The notes under the pieces were generated by a model. It had not been told where the DNA came from, searched no databases, and was given only the letters and a program-made list of their open reading frames with translations. The translations under genes were made by a program, and so were the position numbers. Shown here in pieces: positions 1 to 8,387 of a stretch of DNA of 20,000 bases. Where the stretch lies: the IMG/VR virus record IMGVR_UViG_3300025018_003789. One strand, given 5' to 3'. The first letter of the stretch is position 1; every line of letters starts with the position of its first letter. The DNA comes from an uncultured virus (IMG/VR IMGVR_UViG_3300025018_003789) (Duplodnaviria; Heunggongvirae; Uroviricota; Caudoviricetes).

Positions 1-19
1 CACTCATTTTGATTTCCTT

Positions 20-730
20 TTATTCAAATATATTTTTACTAATTGTTTTCTTACGAGAAGATCTTCTTGTTTGTCCGTTCAACATCGGGACTAATACTTT
101 TTCATAATATTCTGGATTTTGTTCAATAAGGACATATCCTCTATCGTTCAGTTTTGCAGCCAAACCAATCATTCCAGAACCAGCAAATGGATCTAATACG
201 GTTCCGCCTTCAATGACGAAGTTTTTTATTAGTTCTTCACATTGATCTAGTGGACGAGGACAGGGATGTCCCTTTTCTATGGCATTTGTATTTAAAATGT
301 TCTTGTAGGTTGCGGCCACAAAATAGTTTACTGATCTTGTTTGACTTTCAGGAACAAGTGCTTTTGCTCCTTCTTTATATTTTATAACAATGGGATCATA
401 AGCCAAATTAATGGGTGTGGGTCTGAGTTGAACGAAGTTCTTAGCAGAAATGTAAATCGTGATATCCTCTCCAAACCAATCCCAAAAATAACGCATGTAC
501 TTATACGTTTGCCATACTGCAATAAATCCTCCAGGCTTGACTTTTCTGTAGGCTTTTTCATATATTGGTCCGAACCAATCCCAATAATCTTGTGGTGTTT
601 TATTTTTTTCTTTTCCATCATCATATAAAAATCCTATTCCGAAGGGTGGATCAGTGACTAACGCATCAATTGATTCATCTTCGATATCATCTAACATCGT
701 TTCACATGGTCCTAAAATGGTTTTCTTCAT
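20..730 (-). CDS. DNA methyltransferase, N6-adenine/N4-cytosine beta class
   Basis: Motif IV VTDPPF near the N-terminus, HPCPRP, and motif I VLDPFAGSG near the C-terminus (beta order). Start probably MKKTILG at 730; the ORF is open to 769. Confidence 0.9.
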   Translation of the reverse strand: MKKTILGPCETMLDDIEDESIDALVTDPPFGIGFLYDDGKEKNKTPQDYWDWFGPIYEKAYRKVKPGGFIAVWQTYKYMRYFWDWFGEDITIYISAKNFVQLRPTPINLAYDPIVIKYKEGAKALVPESQTRSVNYFVAATYKNILNTNAIEKGHPCPRPLDQCEELIKNFVIEGGTVLDPFAGSGMIGLAAKLNDRGYVLIEQNPEYYEKVLVPMLNGQTRRSSRKKTISKNIFE

Positions 731-781
731 CGGTTTCTCCCGTATAATCTTCAAGTAAATACGACACAAGAAAGGCCAAAT

Positions 782-1006
782 ATGGACTGGAATGATCTAA
801 ACGAAGAAGAAAAAAAACGCATGAAAAAATTCCTCCAAACCATCAGGAATCTTATTGCCGAAAAAATATCTGGTCGTTATCTATTAGAAACAGACAAAGA
901 GTATAATGACAGAATGGATGCAGAGTTCGAAAGGGATTTTAGCCACAAGTCTCCAGATTATTTTTTAAACCATCCAAATGAGGAGGAGAAAAAAGAAGAT
1001 TTATAG
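782..1006 (+). CDS. hypothetical protein (74 aa, highly charged)
   Basis: ORF divergent from the methyltransferase; no recognised motif. Confidence 0.6.
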   Translation: MDWNDLNEEEKKRMKKFLQTIRNLIAEKISGRYLLETDKEYNDRMDAEFERDFSHKSPDYFLNHPNEEEKKEDL

Positions 1007-1054
1007 AATAGATTTAAATAAGAATTAGAAACTTTCCATAAAGGGAGACATTAA

Positions 1055-1690
1055 ATGAAGAGAATATTTTTTATGACCACATTCCTTCTAGCAACTATAT
1101 TTTTTGTAGGATGTGGCGGTAATTACACTGGAATGTATGTTGCCTCAACTAACAAATCTTTTATTTCAAATATAAGAGATTCCGAATTTGACAGACTATC
1201 AAAAGAACTTATTCAAAATAGAGTTGCCTTTGAAGAAGATTTAGATAATTTCTACATAAGAACTCTATATCTGGCTGAAAAAGAAGGAAATTTAGATACT
1301 GATGGTATTATCTACTTAAACCAAAAAGAAGCAGAGTTAAGAGAGCAAATGGATGCTGTTGAAAAACAATCTATTGACAATATAGATGCATACATTAGAT
1401 CTTTTGATGAACAAATTGAGAAGAATGACAAATATATTGTTTCTATTCTCGACAGTGATAAGTTAATGGCAGAGAGAATAACTCAGTTGTCCATTCAATT
1501 AAATGAGAAGATCTCAGTTTTACAGGAAGATGCTGCGAAACGTAGAGAAATTCAATTTATGAGAGCACAAGCCAAGATTAGAGAGGCTGACAATGAATCT
1601 GCTAGAATTAAATTAGAAGAAGAGATGTTTTTTGCGGAGTTTGAAGAAGTAGAAACGCCAGAACCAGTTACACCCGAGGGAGGATTGTAA
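1055..1690 (+). CDS. putative lipoprotein with long coiled coil
   Basis: SD AAGGGAG upstream; MKR + hydrophobic stretch + lipobox FVG-C; E/K/Q-rich helical body. Confidence 0.7.
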   Translation: MKRIFFMTTFLLATIFFVGCGGNYTGMYVASTNKSFISNIRDSEFDRLSKELIQNRVAFEEDLDNFYIRTLYLAEKEGNLDTDGIIYLNQKEAELREQMDAVEKQSIDNIDAYIRSFDEQIEKNDKYIVSILDSDKLMAERITQLSIQLNEKISVLQEDAAKRREIQFMRAQAKIREADNESARIKLEEEMFFAEFEEVETPEPVTPEGGL

Positions 1691-1691
1691 A

Positions 1692-2042
1692 ATGGATAAA
1701 GAAGAACTTAATAAGTATATTGATAAGGTAAAGAGTACTGACATCGCTGAATTAAGCGAAGAAGAAAGAGTTTCTTTAATTGAAGAGGGACTTTCAAAAC
1801 TTCCAAAAAAGGAAGTTCAAGAGGCTCCTAAAAGATCTATGAGAGACATTGTAGATGAACAAGCAACCTTCGTAAGAATTAAAGGTGTGGATGTTCCTGC
1901 TCCAATCAGAGGGATTGCTGACAATGATTTAGAGTTGATTGACAATATGATAGAGACTCGAAAAGCAACTGAAGAAGCCACCTACAGTGCTATTGGGACT
2001 GTAGTCTCATTACTTGTTACGGCAGCAATGTTTGTTAAATAA
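1692..2042 (+). CDS. hypothetical protein with C-terminal hydrophobic (TM-like) helix
   Basis: GGAGG upstream, tightly coupled to the previous gene; ends AIGTVVSLLVTAAMFVK. Confidence 0.7.
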   Translation: MDKEELNKYIDKVKSTDIAELSEEERVSLIEEGLSKLPKKEVQEAPKRSMRDIVDEQATFVRIKGVDVPAPIRGIADNDLELIDNMIETRKATEEATYSAIGTVVSLLVTAAMFVK

Positions 2043-2073
2043 TATTAAATCGTAAGTAATTGGATGGAGAACG

Positions 2074-2103
2074 ACCCTTTCTTTTCGAGAGGGTTTTTCT
2101 TTT
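2074..2103 (+). terminator. intrinsic terminator
   Basis: Stem ACCCTTTC/GAGAGGGT (one G-U pair) followed by a T-rich tail, just after the 1055-2042 gene pair. Confidence 0.7.
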
Positions 2104-2151
2104 GTCGTTTAGAATTATATTACATGGTTTTTTATTTATGGAGTAATAAAG

Positions 2152-2649
2152 ATGAATCATGATGAATTGGTAAAAAGAGCCGAAAAATGGCTTAAAAACA
2201 GTAAAAAATGTGGCGTTGTCATGATTGAGTGGTATGGTGGCCCAAGGGAGACACCTGACGCCATTGGATGGTATGGTAGAGAAGAAGGTATTTTAATTGA
2301 ATGTAAGTCTTCTTATGAAGATTTTAAGGCAGATTCAAGGAAATACTTTAGAAAAACTCCTGGGAGGGGAATGGGAAAGTTTCGATATTATATGGCTCCT
2401 CCAGGAATTATACCTTTAGATGAATTGCCTCCTAAGTGGGGACTCTTAGAAGTTCACGAAAAGATGGTGAAGAATGTAAAGAAGGCTCAGGAATTTGAAT
2501 TAGGAATTGCTTCTCTTAAGAATGAAAGAAAGATAATGATTAATGCGTTAAGGGCTGTAATTTGTTCGACACAAAAAGATTTGTCTCAATTTAGAATTTG
2601 TAATGATCCTAATTATGAGGGAAAGAGAAGAAAAAAGAAAAGGAGATAA
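2152..2649 (+). CDS. PD-(D/E)XK nuclease-fold protein (MmcB-like phage family)
   Basis: E-T-P-D-A-I-G-W ... I-L-I-E-C-K-S-S-x-x-D-F-x-A-D ... F-R-Y-Y ... L-P-x-K-W-G-L-L pattern. Confidence 0.65.
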   Translation: MNHDELVKRAEKWLKNSKKCGVVMIEWYGGPRETPDAIGWYGREEGILIECKSSYEDFKADSRKYFRKTPGRGMGKFRYYMAPPGIIPLDELPPKWGLLEVHEKMVKNVKKAQEFELGIASLKNERKIMINALRAVICSTQKDLSQFRICNDPNYEGKRRKKKRR

Positions 2650-2652
2650 GAT

Positions 2653-2982
2653 ATGAATTATAGACAATGGCTAAATTCGATAAAAAAAGGCGCTCCTTGT
2701 TCAGTTAAAATTAATGGAAATGTAATTCTAAAGAAAACTATAGTTTCTAGAACTTCCCACTTTAGAAAAAGCACTGTTGGACTTTATAGAAAACATATAG
2801 AAGTAAATGGAATGTGGTTCGATGGTTATACTGGGATTTATTTGGACGGTAAAGGTAGGGAATTTCAAATAATTCCTCTAGTAGAAAATCAAAGGAAAAA
2901 AGACAAAGAATTGAAAATAATAAGTTATATTAAATCTCTTTTGAAAGGAAAGAAATATGAAAAAAATAGCAATGACAAGTAA
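2653..2982 (+). CDS. hypothetical basic protein
   Basis: AGGAG SD upstream; ORF of 109 aa. Confidence 0.6.
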   Translation: MNYRQWLNSIKKGAPCSVKINGNVILKKTIVSRTSHFRKSTVGLYRKHIEVNGMWFDGYTGIYLDGKGREFQIIPLVENQRKKDKELKIISYIKSLLKGKKYEKNSNDK

Positions 2983-3346
2983 TGAGATTAATTTAAGAGT
3001 TGCCGACATGAAGGAGTCTCCTAATACAGATCCTATTACCATTTCTACTGAAAACGGCGATTTTGAACTCTTTATAGATTCTTATAGAGACATGTATACT
3101 GTTGAGTGTAAAGATCCAGAAGGTAATTATTGGTCTTTGGATGATGTTTTTGGAACAACTGATATTTCTGAAGCTAGTCGTAGATTGAAAGAAGAGGCAG
3201 AGAGTCTATCTGTCAATCAAAAACTCAGTGGTAGTTGGAATTTAGAGGCTACCAGAGAAGAACTTGAGCGTTCAGAAGAAGAGAGAAAGAAGATTGTTAC
3301 AGATAACTATTCAGGGAATGAAACAGCGGACGATTTTCCATTCTAA
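2957..3346 (+). CDS. hypothetical acidic protein
   Basis: AAGGA upstream; 129 aa; overlaps the previous stop. Confidence 0.7.
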   Translation: MKKIAMTSNEINLRVADMKESPNTDPITISTENGDFELFIDSYRDMYTVECKDPEGNYWSLDDVFGTTDISEASRRLKEEAESLSVNQKLSGSWNLEATREELERSEEERKKIVTDNYSGNETADDFPF

Positions 3347-3358
3347 GGAAAAATATAA

Positions 3359-5248
3359 ATGAATTATTCAGAATCAGCAAATGGATTGGGTATAAACTTT
3401 AGAGTAGAAGTTGATCCTTTAGTTAAACCTGTCTTTGTCCCATTTGAATTTTTAAGCTATGATGATTTTGGAGAACCTATTTTTCCAAATAGTCATAAGG
3501 CCAAGATGGAAGATGAGATCTTTAAGAGAGAGGAGCAAGCCGCCGAAATAAGAAAAAAAAGAAAGGAACAACAAGAAAAAGAAAGGCTTGACCTCCAGAA
3601 AAAAGAAACTCCCCCGCCCCAAGATGAACAAATTGATATGTTTGGTGATTCTATAAAAGAGTCACCAACTTCACCATACACACCTGGTGGAAAGATAGCT
3701 AGTTCTAAAAAAGATAAGATTCCAGGTGGATTGGCAGATAAAAAGTCTCCTTCCGATTTCAATCAAAAGGATTTGAAAAGGGGAATTAAAGTTGAATTAG
3801 AGCACACTAGCGATAGAGACATTGCTCAGGAAATCGCAATGGATCACTTGACGGAAGATTCCAAGTATTATCAAAAACTTGAAAAGATGGAAAAACGTCA
3901 ATCCTCTCGTTATTGGTATAGAACTTCTTCTTTCAAGAAAAGGTTGTCTCAGTGTGTTGATATGTGTGAAAGTAAATTTGAAAATGAGAAAGATAATAAA
4001 ATAAGAGTAAAGGTAGAAAAGAAAGATTCAAAAGATAAAGATTTAGATAAAGAAATTGTAGTTATAGTCGAAGGACCAAAGTCTATTTCAGAAAACATCA
4101 TTACTGAAATGGAAGCAAAAGAATTGAAGGGTTGTCTAAATACAGTTCTTTCTAAAAATAATTTCTGGTATAAAATTTCTCAGAGAAGTTTCGATTTTGA
4201 AACACAGAAATCATGGGAAATAAATGATCCATTTAAAGACGATGAAGAGTATTATGTTTATCATGGATTTGCCGATACTGCTGATGCTTGGAACACCTTA
4301 AAAAAAGGTTTATCTGGTTCAGAAAAAGTTCCTAGAAAATATTCCTATGAATCTCAAAACAATCCGATGGGTCTTTTTGTTACTTTGAATAGAAAGACTG
4401 CTCAAGAATTTTCTTCTACTCATGGAGAGTCTGTGATATTTGAGTTGTTGGTTTCTGGTAAAGACTTAGAGTCTCCTGTTTGGCCAAGCGGTTCCTATAC
4501 TGTTCAGGGTCAAATGGCTGAATATTGGAAAGGCGATACCTTCGAAGAACAGATGCAAGATAGAGAAAATTCTAGAATGGAAAATGTAGAAAGACAGAAA
4601 AAGGAATTAGAAGAAAGAAAAATAGATCTAGAAAGAAGAATAGAGAGAGACAGGGCTTCCTTGGAAGAGTGGAATTCTATAGAGAACATTCCAGAAGAAA
4701 GTCTATCCAGTATAGAGAGGACAAAAGATTGGCTAAACAGTAGTGAAAAGGAACTCGCACATATAAACGCTTTATTGTCTAGCGATAGAATAGATCTAGC
4801 AAAGTCTCTTGTTGGTGGTGAGCAACAAGCTTTATTTGTTGGAGATATAGATCCTTCAGATGTGAAATCCGTTTGGGTTAGAGTTGAAAATAAAGAAAAG
4901 GGATATATGCTAACTACAGATCCTTTTGTTCAAATGTCTCCAGAAGATTTTATGAATAAATTTGAAGAAAAAACAAATGAAAGAACCAATGATTTAGAAT
5001 CTAAAGCGTTCTCTCCTAAAGAAGATTTCGATCCAGATATATTCTGGGAAAGAGTTCCAAAATATGTTCACAGAGATAAACAGCGTAGTATAAATGTTTT
5101 TTCTGAACATCCTGAATATTACAGAATGTACTTTTGGCCTAGACAAATACCTGCTGCAAAAGAATATTTTGAAAGAAATAGAAGCGTAGATAAGAATGCC
5201 TATTCGAACCATTGGTATAAATGGTCTAACGAGAATCAATATGTTTGA
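3359..5248 (+). CDS. multidomain protein: DUF5661-like module, small module, ADP-ribosyltransferase-like module
   Basis: IPGGLAD...GIKVELEHT...IAMDHLTED..YY..L (about 3710-3890) resembles DUF5661. YVYHG...GLFVT....A..F...VIFE...EQQALF (about 4250-4880) fits an ART-type fold. Modules are separated by WY[K/R]xS motifs. Confidence 0.65.
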   Translation: MNYSESANGLGINFRVEVDPLVKPVFVPFEFLSYDDFGEPIFPNSHKAKMEDEIFKREEQAAEIRKKRKEQQEKERLDLQKKETPPPQDEQIDMFGDSIKESPTSPYTPGGKIASSKKDKIPGGLADKKSPSDFNQKDLKRGIKVELEHTSDRDIAQEIAMDHLTEDSKYYQKLEKMEKRQSSRYWYRTSSFKKRLSQCVDMCESKFENEKDNKIRVKVEKKDSKDKDLDKEIVVIVEGPKSISENIITEMEAKELKGCLNTVLSKNNFWYKISQRSFDFETQKSWEINDPFKDDEEYYVYHGFADTADAWNTLKKGLSGSEKVPRKYSYESQNNPMGLFVTLNRKTAQEFSSTHGESVIFELLVSGKDLESPVWPSGSYTVQGQMAEYWKGDTFEEQMQDRENSRMENVERQKKELEERKIDLERRIERDRASLEEWNSIENIPEESLSSIERTKDWLNSSEKELAHINALLSSDRIDLAKSLVGGEQQALFVGDIDPSDVKSVWVRVENKEKGYMLTTDPFVQMSPEDFMNKFEEKTNERTNDLESKAFSPKEDFDPDIFWERVPKYVHRDKQRSINVFSEHPEYYRMYFWPRQIPAAKEYFERNRSVDKNAYSNHWYKWSNENQYV

Positions 5249-8200
5249 CTTCTTTCAAGGGAATTCCATCAAATCATCAAAAGATATTGAGGTTAAGTAT
5301 AGAGATACAGTAGATTCTTTTTTGTGGGAAGATGACGACAATGTTTATCTTGAGAGAATTTCTGTAAATGAACGTGGACAAGGAACTGGAACTCAATTCA
5401 TGAATGAGTTGATTGAGTATGCCAATCGTTCAAATAAAAATATAATATTAGAGCCTGATGAAGATTTGGGTGGAGACTTGGAACGTCTTAAAGAATTTTA
5501 CTCTAGATTTGGTTTTTCAGAAGATGGAGATAAAATGAGATATGATTTTAAAGAAGATGTATCTACGGCAAATGACAATAGTTGGTATAAGATTTCAAAT
5601 CTATCTAAAGTCTCTGGTGATGAAGGTTTGTCCTTTCTGTTGAATGAACCTAACTCCGATCCTAAACTTTTAGGCTATACAGGTAGAGAGAATTCTTCAG
5701 AGAGTAAAGATGGGACCGAAAAATATTTGGGTGAATTTGGATCGATCAGATATGTTTTAAGGGACAATGATGGAAATATCATAGCTTCTGCTCAAGGTGT
5801 TATTCCTCCTGATAGACCTGCTCAAATGTCAAACATTTATGTTCATCCATATCACAGAAGAAAGGGGTTGGCTGAGAAATTAGTCTCTATTTTTGAATCT
5901 GACAATGAAGGTGGGACCCATTCTCAACATATTAACGATGATATGCAATCCGTATTAGACAAAATGAATCAAGAGAAATCTGAAAAACAACCTTTAGTTT
6001 CAAATAAAAATGACTGGTACAAGATGTCTTCATTACCAGACGATCTATATTATGAAGATGGTGAAGAATATGGATTTGAGGCTGAAGAGTTATCTAAGAA
6101 ATATTTCAATACATTACGTTGAACAGAGTGTAAACTTGCAGTCTTAAATGAGAAAAGAGAAGTTGTTGCCGCCTTATTTACTGATGAAACAAATAGTGAA
6201 AGTTTTTCTTTTGATATTGTTGTTAGACCAGATTATCAAAACAGAGGCATTGGAAAAGAACTTGTAGAAGAGGCAATTAGCGAATTCAATTACCTAAAAG
6301 ATGTTTACGGTGATGATTACTATATAGATGTTCATGTTATAAATCCTGTAATGCGTGATATTCTTGAAAAGAACTATGGTTTTTCTGTAGATAAAGAATT
6401 TAACGAAGAAAATCTGACTATGCGTTATCAGAAAAACAAGAAAGGTGAAGTTAAGTTGGCCAAAACACTTGACAGAAACTTCAATTTGAAGAGTATTGTG
6501 AACAGAAAGGTAACGATTGCGATGTTTGATGGAAGTAAAGAATTTTGGAAAAAGGTGGCTTCTTCTGAAGAGAAGGATGCAGAAGGATCTGTATATAATC
6601 TAGACATTCAAATCGAATTACCGGAAACCTTACAAAAAATATTTTCTTGGTTTGAATCTGAGGGGTTGAGCGCACTCATTGTTGGTGGTGCTGTTCGTGA
6701 TAGGTTTATTGGTAAGGAACCAAAAGATATAGACATAGAGGTTCATGGAACAAACTATGAAAAACTATCAAAAACTCTTTCTCAGTTTGGAAGAGTCGAT
6801 GTGGTTGGCAAGTCTTTTGGTATCATTAAGATAACAGATTCAGAAGGTAATGATTACGACTTCTCCATTCCAAGAAGAGAATCTAAAACTGGTGTTGGTC
6901 ATCGTGGATTCAATGTTGAATTCGACGAAAGCATTACGCCAAAAGAAGCTGCTGCTCGTCGTGACTTCACCATAAATGCTCTTGCCTACGATCCAATAAA
7001 GAAACAAGTGCATGATTACTTTGGTGGTGTTGAAGATATAAAAAATAAAGTATTAAAAGCAACAAGTCCCGCTTTTGCAGAAGATCCCTTGAGAGTGTTG
7101 AGAGGAATGCAATTTGCTGGTAGATTTGGCTTTAGTCTTGATCCTGAAACTGCTGACATTAGTCGAGATTTAATGGAAGAGTATTCACATCTTGCCAGAG
7201 AAAGAGTGTCTGGTGAATGGATGAAGATGTTTACCAAGAGTAATCACCCAGGAAAGTCTTTAGAGTATCTTGTTGCAAGTGGATGGATAAATTTATATCC
7301 AGAGATTGATGCTTTTATAAACAATGATGTTCAAGAAGATCTTCTTCAAGAAATGAATTATGTCGAATATCCTCAACTGAAAGGTAAAGAGATAAAACAG
7401 GAACCAGAATGGCACCCTGAAGGTGGTGTTATGATTCATACAATTTATGTTCTTGAGGCTGCTGCTAAAATCGCAGATGAACAGGGATTATCTGGTGATG
7501 ATCGTGCTGTTATTTTGATGGCTGGGCTTTGCCACGATTTAGGGAAGGCAACTCACACTGCAATAGAAGATAAGAATGGTGTTCCTAGAGTGACTTCAAA
7601 GGGACATGAAGCTGCTAGTGTTCCTTTGTCTGAAAAATTCCTTCAGTCAATTGGAATAAAGAATGATCTTATTAAGAGAGTTCTTCCTTTGGTTGGAAAT
7701 CACATGCAGCACATATCCTATGATAGTGGTAGTAAGAAAGGTAATGTGAGACAAATAGCTGAACGTCTTTTTCCTGCCACAATAAAAGAACTTGAATTGA
7801 TGATACGTTCAGATATGGGTGGAAGACCACCTTTGCCTGGAGGTCTTCCTGAACTTGCTGAAAAAATGATCGAAGATGCAAAGGGCGAAGGAGTTTTCGA
7901 AGGCAAAGTTACAGATTTAATCATGGGTAGAGACATTATTGATCTAGTTCCTTCTGGACAAAGAATGCTCATCGGAGAAGCCTTGAAGTTAGTTCGTCAA
8001 AAACAACTAGAGGGAAGTGTGAAAGATTCCGAAGGCGCTCTGATTGTTGCTGAGAATTATATAAAAAGTAAACTTCTACTAATCAATGGATCGGACGTTA
8101 TGTCTGCAAGTGGACTGGGTGGAGGACCATACATTAAAGGCGTTTTGGATGCTGCATGGGAAGAGCAAAAGGGCGGGACTTTCTCTAATAGAGAAGGTGC

Positions 8201-8303
8201 TTTGGAGTGGTTGTCTCAACAATTCGATCCAAAAGAAGAATCTAAAGACGAAGAGAATTTAGATGAAAATGATCCTTGGTACAGAGTGAATAAAGGGGAT
8301 TAA
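5241..8303 (+). CDS. three GNAT acetyltransferase modules fused to a CCA-adding enzyme; one in-frame TGA at 6120-6122
   Basis: ORFs 5196-6122 and 6351-8303 share a frame and 6123-6350 has no stop. GNAT motif A occurs three times: ERGQGTGTQFM...L.EFYSRFGF, VHPYHRRKGLA, VRPDYQNRGIGKEL. Confidence 0.7.
6618..8303 (+). CDS. cca: class II tRNA nucleotidyltransferase (CCA-adding) with HD domain; C-terminal module of the 5241-8303 frame
   Basis: LIVGGAVRD, KDIDIE, RRDFTINA, EDPLRVLR, ARERV, HPEG...H, HDLGK, GHE motifs. Loop RRESKTGVGHRGF resembles the flexible loop of full CCA enzymes. Confidence 0.92.
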   Translation, partial: LPETLQKIFSWFESEGLSALIVGGAVRDRFIGKEPKDIDIEVHGTNYEKLSKTLSQFGRVDVVGKSFGIIKITDSEGNDYDFSIPRRESKTGVGHRGFNVEFDESITPKEAAARRDFTINALAYDPIKKQVHDYFGGVEDIKNKVLKATSPAFAEDPLRVLRGMQFAGRFGFSLDPETADISRDLMEEYSHLARERVSGEWMKMFTKSNHPGKSLEYLVASGWINLYPEIDAFINNDVQEDLLQEMNYVEYPQLKGKEIKQEPEWHPEGGVMIHTIYVLEAAAKIADEQGLSGDDRAVILMAGLCHDLGKATHTAIEDKNGVPRVTSKGHEAASVPLSEKFLQSIGIKNDLIKRVLPLVGNHMQHISYDSGSKKGNVRQIAERLFPATIKELELMIRSDMGGRPPLPGGLPELAEKMIEDAKGEGVFEGKVTDLIMGRDIIDLVPSGQRMLIGEALKLVRQKQLEGSVKDSEGALIVAENYIKSKLLLINGSDVMSASGLGGGPYIKGVLDAAWEEQKGGTFSNREGALEWLSQQFDPKEESKDEENLDENDPWYRVNKGD

Positions 8304-8331
8304 AAGCGTCCTTCCTTGTGGCCATAATACG

Positions 8332-8360
8332 TTGACATAAGGTCTTGTTAGGCGTATTTT
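8332..8360 (+). promoter_or_regulatory. sigma70-like promoter
   Basis: TTGACA, 17-nt spacer, TATTTT, in the intergenic gap upstream of 8388. Confidence 0.6.
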
Positions 8361-8387
8361 CTTAAAAAGTCCATTAGGAAAAATGAC

